64,000 nucleotides of DNA from Eledone cirrhosa (lineage: Eukaryota): the NCBI GenBank assembly GCA_964016885.1, contig OZ024742.1, forward strand, positions 152,830,001 to 152,894,000, given 5' to 3'. Positions 15,721-31,445 of the stretch are shown one piece after another. Under the pieces are notes generated by a model, which saw nothing but the letters and a program-made list of their open reading frames with translations, was not told where the DNA came from and did not search any database. Numbering within the stretch: the first letter of the stretch is position 1; each line of letters opens with the position of its first letter. Both the position numbers and the translations under genes were made by a program.

Positions 15721-15977
15721 CAGAGACAGAGAGCGAATGATAGGTGGACACACCGATAGGTAGGTAGGTAGATAGATGGACAGAGAGATAAAGACGTATA
15801 TTAGATTGTAGTTAGTCCTAGTTAAAACCAGTCTCAGCAGGCAATGGGAGAATTTTATATAAGAGAGGACGCAGAATTGACTCATGGAACGATTCAATAG
15901 TGGATATATTGACTTGTAGAAACGGGAGTTGCCCACCCTTGGCTAAAAGATGGGATGGCAGAATATTAAAAAAGCCC

Positions 15978-15980
<3 letters not shown>
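15217..15980. repeat. Foldback element: about 265-bp inverted arms (15217-15481, 15716-15980) around (TA)n and a 130-bp spacer
   Basis: The arms are reverse complements with scattered substitutions. No ORF and no convincing HHR. Confidence 0.9.
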
Positions 15981-17650
<1,670 letters not shown>

Positions 17651-19061
17651 TATATATATAGATGCTATATATACATATATTTAAAAAAAATATATATATT
17701 TCTTTTTGTGCGTTAACTTGTATACATATGACGTATAATTATGTATGCATGCATTGCATTAATCTGATGTGTTGAGCGTGTTGAGGCTCTCAGTATTGAG
17801 GATTCATGGATTGTAATGTTAAGCTTATTGGCAGTCTTAGCTGTACATATTTCTAAAATCGATCAATATAGTTGATGAATCCCCATAGAAACAAAAGGGG
17901 ATGGTAAATTACAAGTCGTCCTCGTGATAGACTAAAAAATGCTGAATTCTATATAATGTAGTGTTCAGCAGAAAGCATTCGCAGAAAGTATTACATTAAT
18001 GTATTACTGGCAGAAACAACAAATATGTTACATCAAGCATAAATGTATTCTTTGACACGCATAAAAATTACACACGCATACTCATATATACACTCAGTAA
18101 CACACAATAACACACGCACCTATAAATATATGTATATGATGGACGTCGATTGACGTATAAGGGTTCAACAGTCTTTTCAGTTCATTGTTTATGTTTATGC
18201 CACAAATGGCATGTATATGAATTAAAACCTGAGAAAGCTGGATTCCAATATGTTCAGTTAATTTTGAATTATTACGAATTTCTGTGACCGACTTACGTCA
18301 TCAGTCCATGATATATGACAGTCCGTTACGGCATGAGATGTTGTGAGCATGAAATATTTATTTAAGTAACCATTACAGGGTTCCAGAAATATAAGAACAA
18401 AGAATTGATACAGAGGTGGACGCGCTAGCGATGGCATCACTACGACGGACAGCCTCTATATTCTAACTACTTTTGGTGGATGCAATTAATCTATTTTTAA
18501 GTTTCTCGTAGTCGTAAGAGTAAAAGAAGAACAGAAAAAATTATATATATTTAGTGATGGCTTTATTTTTGCTTTGTATACAATATTTTCAATCCATGGC
18601 TTATTTGTGGTTTTCATATCAACATTCCTAGGCAGTACGGTATAACTGTATAATATATTGAAGAGGGGGAGGATAATGTGTATGGTGTTAAGATGATGTA
18701 GCAACGGCTGATCTTTTCTTTTCGTCAAGATTTCTCTGTTTTAGCATTAACCGACTTTATTTTACAGCGGGACACGTCACATTAAGTGAAATGCGAAAAT
18801 ATTCCAGATCAATATTATAAATATTAAATGGTGTTTTCTTTGCAAGGTTAGATTTAAAGAAAAAAAATCACATATTTCTACCTTGCATTTAAAAGACTGA
18901 AACTTAGCTTCAAGTGAGATATTTAGTATGTGGAAACATGAATATCGGGAATATGTAGACATACACATACGTGTATTCATGTATGTATATATATATATAT
19001 ATATTAATAAAAACAATGAAATAAAAGCAAAGAACAGGTTCCGTATACTAAAAAATAATAA

Positions 19062-19198
19062 TCATTTTACGATCGTTTCTTGGATATAGATGTGTGTGTT
19101 GGTATGTATATCATATTAAAGATCTATGTAAAAAAATATTACAAATTATCAGAGGAGATATACATACCTTCACTTATATATGCCATCTTCAGAAATGA
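19062..19198 (-). ncRNA. Hammerhead with a stem II region of about 106 nt (mirror copy at 20841-20976, +)
   Basis: tcattt CTGAAGA [long hairpin] GAAA CGATCG TA aaatga. Confidence 0.75.
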
Positions 19199-19364
19199 TG
19201 AAGTATGTTTATTGACAGAAAGTATTGGGAACAGGTTTTGAATTGACCAATAGAACAGAGTTAGAGGTCAAGTTCATAGAATAACAGTATTAGAAACTTT
19301 ATGCTAGGAGTGGAGGAAATTAAATTTATGCTTTGAATGAAAAGAATACAATGGGGAAGATAAT

Positions 19365-19546
19365 TGTTTCTACATTTGGCACAAGGCCAGCAAATTTCCC
19401 AGTGCATTACTGGTACTTTATTTTATCGACCCCGTAAGGATGAAAGGCAAAGTCAACCTCGGCGGGATTTGAACTCAGATCGTAAAGGGACGTAACTCTG
19501 CTGGAAAGCATGGCGTCCGACCCTCTACCGATACTGCCAATCCACC
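19365..19546 (-). mobile_element. SINE inserted in the left arm only, 13-bp TSD
   Basis: TGGGGAAGATAAT at 19352-19364 and 19547-19559. The empty site is in the right arm near 20660-20672. Confidence 0.92.
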
Positions 19547-21197
19547 TGGGGAAGATAATGGTAGGGGTTATAATGAGGTCGTGTCAATGAGATAGTGAAG
19601 GATTCCCCCCAAAAATTGATTTTATTAAACAATGTTGTTAAAAGCGTAGGGAAAATAATTTTTTGTGGGATGAGAGTGTTAGTGAGAAATACTACTCCTG
19701 TTTAAATTTCAAGGAACCTGGATACATAAAATGAAATGAAATTAATTGATAGCTATACTTACAGAGTTAAAATTATATTAATTATTATGGATGTGATAAA
19801 TAAAGAGGTAAACAAATTAAAAAAAAAACAAGTTTTAATTAATTATTATAATTTGTAAAATATAAGAGTGTGGTATATATTAATTAAGTTTATAGTATTT
19901 GAAGGTTTTTTTCTAATTCATTAGATTTCATGATTTCAAATAGTTCTTGGGAGCACTATTTGAAATTATGAAATCATGAAATCTAATGATATCCTATTAA
20001 ATAAGCGACAGGAGTTAATTATACCATGCAATCATAGAATTAGAAAAACCTTCAAATACTATAAACTTAATATATACCTCACTCTCATATTTTACAAATT
20101 ATTATAATTAATTTAAAAAACATTTTTTTAATTTAGTTTACCTATAATTAGATATTTACTACAAAGAATTTCATAATTTTATTTCCCTCTTGCAGCTCAC
20201 TTTACCTAAAGTTATCTTTAACCTCACTACTTCTTTTAACCGCATCCCCTATCTATCACATTCAATACCTAGGATTAGTAAATATAATTAATATATTTAA
20301 TATTATGGATGTTTAGATAGATACACTACTTTTTATAAAATTTTATCTATTTCAGTCTTTCTATATATATTTTTTATTTATTTTTTTATTTGTTTACCTT
20401 TTTTTTTTTACTTCTTTATTTATCACATCCATAAGAATTAATATAATTTTAACTCTGTAAGTAAACCTATCAAATAGTTTAATTTCATTTTATGTATCTA
20501 GGTTCCTTGAAATTTAAACAGGAGTAGTATTTCTCACTAACACTCTCATCCCACAAAAAATTATTTTCCCTATGATTTTAACAACATTCTTTAATAAAAT
20601 TAATTTTTGGGGGAATCCTTCACTATCTCATTGACTTGACCTCATTTTAACCCCTACCTTTCTCTTCCCCAATGTAGTCTTTTCATTCAAAGCATAAATT
20701 CACATTCCTCCACTCCTAGCATATAGTTTCTACTATTGTTATTCTATCAACTTGACCTCTAACTTCTTTCTACTGGTCAATTCAAAACCTGTTCCCAAAC
20801 AGATTTTTTGTATTAATACTTTCTGTCAATAAACATACTTCATCATTCTGAAGATGGCATATATAAGTGAAGGTATGTATATCTCCTCTGGTAATTTGTA
20901 ATATGTTTTTACATAGATCTTTAATATGATATACATACAAACACACACATATATATCCCAGAAACGATCGTAGAATCGTCATTTTTTCAATATAAGGAAC
21001 CTGTTCTTAGTTTTTATTTCATTGTTATTATTAATTTATCTTGACTCTGTTTTCCTATGATTTTTATCGTTAAATTTTGAATGCATTTTCTCTTCTCATG
21101 ATATCTTCTATATTTGGATTACATTGAGTACTTCATACGGATTTGACACTACCATCTATGTTGCTAGATTTATCTACACACACACACACACACACAC

Positions 21198-21269
<72 letters not shown>

Positions 21270-21373
21270 TTGTGTATAATGGTAGCTATGGTGCTTCCAT
21301 AGGCGGTATGCCAAAATTAGCACTCAATATTCATACAGAGTAGAGTGTGGATAGTATGAAACCCAGTTTTTTG

Positions 21374-21464
21374 CGTGTTACAATTGTTTCGCCGGCAGGT
21401 AGCTCGAGACATGATCGCTGCATGGAACTAGCTGATTCTACGGCTGCAGGTTCATTCGGACACG
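21374..21464 (-). ncRNA. Hammerhead-like motif, variant core
   Basis: cgtgt CCGAATGA acctgcag...ctgccggc GAAA CAATTG TA acacg: perfect stem I and palindromic stem III, but a non-canonical 8-nt left core. Confidence 0.6.
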
Positions 21465-22293
21465 GGTAGTTCGTTGGGCGCAAATTCTCTCACTGGTGTG
21501 TTATCGTCAAAAGAACACCTTCAAAAAACATCTTCCACTCCTGTGGCTGTTCCCAATCGACGTCATCTCAAGTTCTGGTCACTATTTACTGCTACACGGG
21601 TCATCAGCCATTTAACGTCCGACACACTTCAATGGAGTCATGCTGGGTTCGGTATCTCACACGTCTGTTCCCACTCCAGAGTATGTACCCACACATACAA
21701 ACCCACACATATAAACACACACGGGCAGGCACAGACACATGCGTGCATACACAAATGTAGGCATACATGCGTAGACACACATACCCCAAAGCACATATAC
21801 ACACGCTCACGACTCCCTCTCTTCCACAAACCCAGGCACACCCACTTCTAGATACCAACCGCCACAAACCCTATTAACGCATGCCTGAACCGCGCGATAC
21901 ATCCGGTCCCACATGCACGTAAACACGCACACACGCGCAGACAGACACGTCTGTATAAACACACATTTATATACACCCGTATACAAACACATAGACAAAC
22001 CCTGTCCTATGTGGGCTTACGTACGCGCCCCCACACACACCACATATATACACATATATGTTTCTATCTATATGTGCGTGTGTACATAGACACACACACA
22101 CACACGCACACACGCATGCAGACATATACGTATACACACGTATACACATATACATATATGTATACGCACACACACATACACATGTACACACGCACATACA
22201 CACATACGCACACATGTCCAATTGTGTACACACATCCACGCAAACATACTCATATATACACACATACGCACGCACACATACCTACGCACAACC

Positions 22294-22348
<55 letters not shown>

Positions 22349-23939
22349 CAGTTAGAGAATCAAAAAGTTGCTTATTGTGATCCAGTTCTTGGTTAAGAAA
22401 GCCGCTAAAAAGATACATAACAACACCAAAACACAAATTTACAACAATAACAATACAATCACCACAGAACACAACAGAATATCTAATACACAACCACCCG
22501 CTAATAGTTAAACAAAACGTAACACACTTGTACAGGCATCGCAGCCCACCAATAATGCCAAAGTTGCCCATAACAAGAATTGTAACTGCCACCTACCTGA
22601 AACCTGTCCATTAAATAATGAATGTATGCAGTCTAACCTGGTTTACCAATGCACAGTGGAATCAGACAACCAGAAATGGTATTACATCGGAGCGACTGGG
22701 AATACATTTAAAGCCCGTTGCTATACACACCGTTACGCAATGAAACATTCCCAGCATCGTTATGTAACTATCCTTGCAAACAAGATCTGGCAACTGAGGG
22801 AAAGTAACCATCAATACACCTGAAGTGGAAAAAATTATTGAACGCGCCTCCATATCGAAGTGGTATGAGAAGCTGTCGATTATGCGACCTTGAGCTGTTC
22901 CACATCATGAGTTCGAAGAATAAGTTACTCAACAATAAAATCGAAAGATCAATTTATTGTAACTATAGACTCAAAGAGAAGTTTTCGCACTACAAATCGA
23001 ACCCTTAACCTCTTACTACCAACTGACAAAGTGCATATACTTAGACTTTATACCGTCTTGTATCTAAACCCTTTTAATTACCCACAAAACCAATACATAT
23101 ATCCCACCTTCTCCCTCATTCCTTTTCTATTTCTTCGTTTTCTTCCTTCCTTCCCTCCCCTTCTTGGCTATCTTTTCTTTCCTTCTGTCTCACCTCCATC
23201 TTTGCTTTTATTTTTGTCATTATTATCTTTATCTTAAGGGCGGTGAACTGGCAGGATTGGTAGAGGGTCGGACGCCATGTTTGACGCATAGAGTTACGGC
23301 CCTTGCCATTCTGATTTCAAATCGCGCCGAGGTTAACTTTGCCTTTCATCCTTACGAGGTCGATAAAATAAAGTACCAGTAATGTACTGAGTAATTGCTG
23401 TCCTTGTGCCAATAGTAGAAACAATTATTATCTTTATCTTTATTTTTTATATATATATATATATATTTATCTCTTTATATCTGCCCCCCTCTCTCTCTCC
23501 ATCTCTATCCCTCCCTCCCACTATGATCAATTTAATTCTCTTTAACTCACTACATTCCACGACATGAAGTCTGCTAGCAAAACTGACCAAGGAGTCCTTC
23601 CACCTCTACCCCTCCCTCCATCTCAGTTTGTCACTCTACTTCCTACCTCTTCCCCCTTCCTCACTCTCTATACTATTCCGTCTGTCCCCTCACCTTCTGA
23701 TTCCTCTCTGTCTATACTAGTAATTACAATTCCAAATAAATGTTTTTCTCTATATATTAAGAATTATTTCAAGAGTAACTTACTCACTATTTTCAAAATT
23801 TGGACTGTGAACAACAATTATAATTGAGTGGCTGCTATTTTCAGTATAGCAATATAAGGTAGCACTTACCAATGAAACGGTCGTAAATACCTGGATAAAA
23901 TCCTTCTCTTAATGCTTACCTGTGTTATCTCTTTTATAC

Positions 23940-23940
<1 letters not shown>
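22349..23940 (+). mobile_element. PLE family E fragment nested in (TA)n of the left arm; GIY-YIG pseudogene at 22581-23008
   Basis: CNCHLPETCPLNNEC..LVYQCTV..YYIGATGNTFKAR..IWQLR, frameshifts, then CRLCDLELFHIM..LLNNKIERSIYCNYR. HHR half-site GAAACGGTCGTA at 23874-23885. Confidence 0.85.
23236..23424 (+). mobile_element. SINE with 16-bp TSD
   Basis: TTATTATCTTTATCTT at 23220-23235 and 23425-23440. Same family as the SINE at 1392. Confidence 0.92.
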
Positions 23941-24011
<71 letters not shown>

Positions 24012-24018
24012 CATATGC

Positions 24019-24049
<31 letters not shown>

Positions 24050-24442
24050 CAAACTACACATACTTACACATAACTACATACACACATACACATACACACA
24101 CATATAAAAAAAAATCTACATGCATACGCACACACACATACATACAAATATGCATGCAGACATATATACATCTACATACATATACATACGCACACGGAGG
24201 GCCACATGCAGACACATGCACATATGCATATTTGCTTACACACACATGTTTCCACATATACATATATAAACAAAACCATAAAATAAAAATATAATATATA
24301 ATAAAACACACAATATACCATAAAATAACAGTAAAATAAGATAACATAAAATATCAATATAGTATACACTACATATAACTATATATACATGCACACATAT
24401 TCATACATACATATACGGATATATACAATGGATATATGATAA

Positions 24443-24474
<32 letters not shown>

Positions 24475-24475
<1 letters not shown>

Positions 24476-24653
24476 TGTTTCTACTTTAGGCACAAGGCCA
24501 GCAATTACCCAGTACATTACTGGTACTTTATTTAATCGACCCCGTAAGGATGACAGGCAAATTCAACCTCGGCGGGATTTGAACTCAGTTCGTAAAGGGA
24601 CGTAACTATGCTGGAAAGCATGGCGTCCGAACCTCTACCGATACTGCCAATCC
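24475..24653 (-). mobile_element. SINE inserted in (AAT)n of the left arm of the family D palindrome
   Basis: Very similar to 19365-19546. Absent from the mirror (ATT)n at about 28950-28982. Confidence 0.9.
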
Positions 24654-24839
24654 AATAATAATAATAGTACAATGTATATATAATACATCTGTACACATTC
24701 CTGTGAGATGTACACATACATATCCATATACACACAAATACGAATACATATAGAGATCCACATATACATACATACGCACACACACATTTATATATATACG
24801 CACCCACATACACACCCAATCATACGCAGCTATACGCAC

Positions 24840-24870
<31 letters not shown>

Positions 24871-26062
24871 CACACTCAGCCACATATGTACATACATGTA
24901 GATGCATGCACACACACGCTTATAAACTCATGATTATACGTACACATGCATACATAAACACCCCCATACACACCCACGTATATATATATCTAAATACACA
25001 CATACATATACCTACGTACAGGTCTACATATAAAAACACACATATAAACACAATAGGATAATAACATAAAATAAAATAAATAAATTTACAATATTTTAAA
25101 ATACATTAAAATCTGTATGTAACTTCACAAAGGGATAAATAAAAAAGGGGTAAATAAAAAACGAGTGGGAGGAAGTACGGGAGAAGGTGCGTGTATCCAT
25201 ATGATATACTACACACAGGTAGTATGTGGTGCAAACTTAGGTCCGTATATGGAGCAAATAACAATGACAAAACAATAACAAGTAATAATAACAAAACAAT
25301 AACAAGTAGAAAGTGCCGATTATGCCTACACGAGGCCATGGAGATAATCAGACTGAAAGATGTCGCGGTCAACCTGAAGTCTGAAATTATCATGACCTGC
25401 AGGCACCAGAGAAGATGCACTTTTGCAGCATGGAATCCACCGGGTGGCACAGGCCAGGGGCATGGGCCCGGGTACGTACAGACCCGAATGACCCAACAGG
25501 ATTAAGGGACCTGACGCCATGCCCTGTTGACATTGTGCGACCCGTCTGGCAAACATAAGTAATCCAGGGTGCGCACCTGACCGAGCACGCAACATTAGGC
25601 AGATACATCACCTTAGCCGGACCGGCCCACACGGGGTCCACGGTCGTCCGATACCCCAAACATATAGAACAGCATACCCCAGCCACAGTGACCGGGCCAG
25701 GCGTCTCCTTGAATGTGTACCCCGTCAATCGTGACTATATACTCTCCACATGTTCCACGTTGGAACAATTATTATTACTGTTGTTATTGTTTTGTTATTG
25801 TTACTTGTTCCATATACGGACCTAAGTTTGCACCTCATACTACCTATGTGTAGTATATCACATGGATACACGCACCTTCTCCCGTACCCTCCCATTTTTA
25901 TTTACCCCTTTTTTATTTATCTCTTTGTGAAGTTACATACAGATTTTAATGTATTTTAAAATATTGTAAATTTATTTATTTTATATTATTTTATTATCCT
26001 ATTCTGTTTATATGTGTGTTTTTATGTGTAGACCTGTGCGTAGGTACATGTATGTGTGTGTG

Positions 26063-26089
<27 letters not shown>

Positions 26090-26094
<5 letters not shown>

Positions 26095-26692
26095 AGATAC
26101 GGAAAATATTTTATGTTTCTTGAAACATATATTTACTTTGATCCCCTTCTCCAAACCCCCCCTTTCCCCCATACTATTATCATCTGTATTTGTAAGCGTC
26201 TATGTATGAATATATATGTAGGTAGGTATCTATATAGGTTTGGGTATTTATATCTAAATATAAAAATACATATATGCGCATGCAAATATGAATGTAAGAT
26301 TGCGTGTGTATATATGAGTGTGTATATGTATGTATATATGTGTATATATGCATTATATATGTATGTGTATGTGAATGTGTGTACGTATATGTGTATGTAT
26401 GTGTATATATGTGTATGTATGTGTATGCATGTATATATAGGAATATATATATGTATATATATATGTATATGTATATGCGTGTGTATGTATGTGTGTGTAT
26501 GTGTGTTGTATATATATGTATGTCTCTCTATTTATATGTTTATCTTCGTATCTATGTGATATATGTGCGTGTGTGTGCATGTATGCATATGTATGTGTTT
26601 ATGTGTATATGTGTGTGTGTGTGTATATATGTGTGTGTGCACGCACACACACATATATATATATGTGAGTGTGTATATGTGTCTGTGTATAT

Positions 26693-26770
<78 letters not shown>

Positions 26771-26857
26771 CTATGTGTGAATATATGTCTATATTCGTAT
26801 GTGTGTATTTATGTATGTATATGTTTATATGTATGTATGTATATGTATGTATGTATG

Positions 26858-26893
<36 letters not shown>

Positions 26894-27022
26894 TATATTA
26901 TTCTTTATTATTATAATATAACTTATGTGTATGTGTGTATAAGTGAGATTGTGTATGTGTATATAATATGTGTATATATAAGTGTAAAAAAAATATATAT
27001 ATATGTGCATGTCTGTTTTTTA

Positions 27023-27054
<32 letters not shown>

Positions 27055-27122
27055 CGTGTGTATATATATGTATATGTGGGTGTTTGTATGTGTATTTATG
27101 GTGGTATGAGTGTGTGGATATC

Positions 27123-27162
<40 letters not shown>

Positions 27163-27168
27163 AGTGTA

Positions 27169-27227
<59 letters not shown>

Positions 27228-27507
27228 GTGTATGTATGTGTGTATATATATATATATCTCTATTAATGCGTGTGTGTATGTATATACATATGCCTTTTTA
27301 TTATTATTTTTATTTGTATGTCTGAGTTAGGTGAGGTTGTAGTGGTTTTTTATGTATATACGCATATATGGATGCGTATGTATTTGTATATATGAGTATA
27401 AGTAAGTCCATATGTATGTATGATTATATATCTAATTCTATGTATGAATATACATGTATATATATATGTGTGTATGTAAGTAGTGTGTGTATGTATCTAT
27501 ATGTCTA

Positions 27508-27538
<31 letters not shown>

Positions 27539-27623
27539 GTATATCGATGTACGTATATGTATGTACATGTATGTACATGTATGTGTGTATGTATGTGTAT
27601 GTATATTTAGATGTATGTGTATG

Positions 27624-27662
<39 letters not shown>

Positions 27663-28695
27663 ATATATATATATGTATATATCTTTATTATTTATTTTTT
27701 TTATATATATGTGTATGTGTGTATGTGTTGCGTGTGTGTGTGTGTATATATATATATCTTTATATATGTGTATGTGTATGTTCGTGTAGGTGTATGTGTG
27801 TGTATGACTGTATATGTATGTGCGTATGTGTGTATGCGTAAATATTTCTATGTGTGTGTACATGTATGTATGTGTATATATCTGTATGTGTATGTATATT
27901 ATATTATATTTATTATATTTTATTGTTTTATTTTTTTATTTTTCTTAATTTATAGATACATTTATATTAGGCAGTCGTCTCAGACAGTTGAATACTGACC
28001 CCTCCCCCCCCCCCCCCCCTCCCACCTAATTTCTGTATCTTGATCTAGAAATGTGTGTGCCAGTGTTTTATGTGAGTGAATTAATATCCATGTGCTTATG
28101 ATTTTATATCCACATATATAAATGTGAGTGGGGGTGTGTGTGTGTTTGTATGTTCGTGGTTATGTGTATATTTATGCATATACGCGCGTGTATGTGTGAT
28201 TGTACTGATATGTGTGAGTATGTAAAAATATATTTATATACTTGACTTCATAAGTATCAATGCGCATCTTATCTGCGCATTGTAAGCTTACAGAGACATT
28301 AACCTTGAAATTTTGTATTTGCATCCATCCTTTTAGTATGCGTATACAAATTATACATACATTTTTATAAAATATGTGTAAGGGTTTTACATGTATATAC
28401 ACACACCGAACTGCATTTAACCCTTTGTGTTTTCATTGGTCAATTTTGAACTGAAATTTTGAATTGTTGTTATTATCAATAAATATACTTCATTATTTCT
28501 GAGGACGGCGTATATATGTGTTTGGTATGTATATTTAATCTTGATAATTTGTATAATTTTGTATAATTTTGTACATAGATCTGTTGAATATGCATACCAA
28601 TTCTAACACATATATATCCTAGAAACGATCGTTAAATAATGAACTTTTTTTGTTTAATATAAGGAATTGTTTATTCATTATTTGTTTAATATTTT
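26090..28695 (+). mobile_element. Family-B-related PLE 3' region nested in the right arm, ending in an HHR at 28489-28643
   Basis: ttcattattt CTGAGGA [116 nt] GAAA CGATCG TT aaataatgaa. The downstream sequence matches the family B terminus. The upstream boundary is uncertain (low complexity). Confidence 0.65.
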
Positions 28696-28950
28696 ATATA
28701 TATATATATATATATATACGTGGGTGTGTATGGGTGTGTGTATGTACGCATGTGTACGTATATGCATGAGCTTATGAGCGTGTATGTACATATGTGGCTG
28801 AGTGTGTATATATATTTATGTATATATATGTACGTATAGCTGCGTATGTATGTATATGTGGGTCTCTATATGTATGTGTATTTGTGTGTGTATGTATATG
28901 TATGTGTCATCTCACAGGAATGTGTACGGATATATTATATATAGATTGTA

Positions 28951-28982
<32 letters not shown>

Positions 28983-30103
28983 TTATCATATATCCGTATA
29001 TGTATGTATGAATATGCGTGCATGTATATATAGATATATGTATTGTATACTATATTGATATTTTATGTTGTGTTATTTTACTGTTATTTTACGGTATATT
29101 ATGTTTTTTATTATATATTGTATTTTTTATTTTACGGTTTTGTTTATATATGTATATGTGGAAACATGTGTGTGTAAGCAAATATGCATATGTGCATGTG
29201 TCTGTATGTGGCCGTCCGTGTGCGTATGTATATGTATGTAGATGTATATATGTCTGCATGCATATGTATATGTATATATATTGGTGTGCATATGCATGTA
29301 GAGTTTTTTAATATATGTGTGTGTATGTGTATGTGTGTATGTAGTTATGTGTAAGTATGTATAGTTTGTATGTGTGTGTGTGTATATATATATATGGATA
29401 TATATATATATATATTTATGTATATAAGGTTGTGCGTAGGTATGTGTGCGCGCGTATATGTTTCTGTGTGTATGTGCGTGTGTACATGTGTGTGTGCGTA
29501 TACATATATGTATATGTGTATACGTGTGTATACGTGTGTGTCTGCATGTGTGTGTGTGTGTGTGTGTGCGTCTATGTACACACGCACATATAGATGGAAA
29601 AAATATATGATTATATATGTGGTGTGGGTGTCTGTCGATGGGGGTGTGTGGGCGCGTACGTACGCCCACATGGGACAGGGTTTGTCTATGTTTGTATACG
29701 GGTGTATATAAATGTGTGTGTATACAGACGTGTCTGTCTGCGCGTGTGTACGTGTTTGCGTGCATGTGGGACCGGATGTATGGCGCGGTTCAGGCATGCG
29801 CTAATAGGCTTGTGGCGGTTGGTATCTAGAAGTGGGTGTGCCTCGGTTTGTGGAAGAGAGGGAGTCGTGAGCGTGTGTATATGTGCTTGGGGGTATGTGT
29901 GTCTACGCATGTATGCCTACATTTGTGTATGCACGCATGTGTCTGTGCCTGCCCGTGTGTGTTTATATGTGTGGGTTTGTATGTGTGGGTACATACTCTG
30001 GAGTGGGAACAGACGTGTGAGATACCGAACACAGCATGACTCCATTGAAGTGTGTCGGACGTTAAATGGCTGATGACCCGTGTAGCAGTAAATAGTTTTT
30101 TTA

Positions 30104-30147
<44 letters not shown>

Positions 30148-30152
30148 CTGTG

Positions 30153-30239
<87 letters not shown>

Positions 30240-30292
30240 TATATATATATGTATATGTATATACATACACACACACATACACACACACACAC

Positions 30293-30324
<32 letters not shown>

Positions 30325-30327
<3 letters not shown>

Positions 30328-30780
30328 CGATATTAATAAATGGAAACTATATTTATAAAACCATATTTATTTCATTATACATATTTCTTGGATACCACAT
30401 TAAATTGTGGTATGCCTTCATCAGACAAAATACAATATATAACAGTTTTACAAATAGCTTTGACGTACCCTTTTAAAATACAACCATTACTTTTGGAGGC
30501 TGTCTCAGCTGTCTCAGCCTCCAAAAGTAATGGTTGTATATAAAAAGGGTACGTCAAAGCTATTTGTAAAACTGTTATATATTGTATTTTGTCTGATGAA
30601 GGCATACCACAATTTAATGTGGTATCCCAGAAATATGTATAATGAAATAAATATGGTTTTATAAATATAGTTTCCATTTATTAATATCGTATATCTACTC
30701 CAAAAACTTGTCGAGTGCTTTATATCAGTTATAAAAATATTTACTTGTTGTATCCCAACAACTTTAAATAGAACTTTTGC
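30325..30780. mobile_element. Miniature family A palindrome: about 180-bp arms, HHRs at 30363-30438 (-) and 30579-30654 (+), 88-nt tail on the right
   Basis: Near-perfect hairpin centred on ggaggctgtctcagctgtctcagcctcc. Flanked by TA-rich repeats. Confidence 0.92.
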
Positions 30781-30854
30781 ATATATAAATAAATATATAT
30801 ATATAGATAGATAGATAAATATACACGGGTGTGTATGATTGTGTATAGAAGATT

Positions 30855-31445
30855 ATATTAATAAGAGGAATTCCAACTTTGTCTGATTTACTCGTTTTAT
30901 TTACAATCCTTTAAAATGTATAATGGTATTATAATGTAATAGTATGATAGAATATTAAATGTTAAGTGTTAATTGAACAAGTACTTTCATGATTTCGCAA
31001 TCTTCAGGTTCATAATGTGTCGTGACAGTCAAGTTTGCAATTTTCAACTCTAATGAGATGGGTAAATTTTGTACCTTATATACAGTGAAAAGTGGCTCCA
31101 GGATGCTAAATCTTGCAACTGTATTTCGACCAATCGGTGTGTAGTTTCACGGAATTACTAAAGCTGTTACTAAAGTAATACAGTTTGCAAGATTTAGCAT
31201 TCTGGAGCTACGTTTCACTATATATAAGGTACAACATTTACCCATCTCATTACAGTTGAAAATTGCAAACTTGACTGTCACCACACATGAACCTGAAGAT
31301 TGCGAAAGCATGAAAGTACTTGTTCAATTAACACTTAACATTTAATATTCTATCATACTATTTCATTATAATACCATTATAAATTTTGAAGGATTGTAAA
31401 TAAAACGAGTAAATCAGACAAAGTTGTAATTCCTCTTATTAATAT
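30855..31445. mobile_element. Family F palindrome: about 270-bp arms with minimal HHRs at 30974-31012 (-) and 31288-31326 (+)
   Basis: tgaac CTGAAGA ttgc-gaaa-gcat GAAA GTAC TT gttca. The arms mirror around a spacer of about 50 nt. Confidence 0.88.

Larger units (their letters stand above)
19003..21177 (+). mobile_element. PLE family B: palindromic 5'-truncated insertion (arms about 19003-19950 and 20035-21035, tail 21036-21177)
   Basis: Long inverted repeat. The centre reads LFEIMKS/NDILLNKRQELIIPCNHRIRKTFKYYK (GIY-YIG C-terminus). HHR in each arm. Confidence 0.85.
21269..30096 (+). mobile_element. PLE family D: nested palindrome of about 8.8 kb
   Basis: 21581-22295 mirrors about 29425-30096; about 23990-24990 mirrors about 28715-29400; about 25030-25305 mirrors about 25770-26060. 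The centre encodes RKCRLCLHEAMEII...NLKSEIIMTCRHQRR (endonuclease C-terminus). Confidence 0.82.

Noticed and set aside
30070-30096. CTGATGA at 30070 (mirror 21601), and similar strings at 18298, 32676 and 61398
   Set aside because: None has both a matching GAAA-UH half and a stem I pairing.
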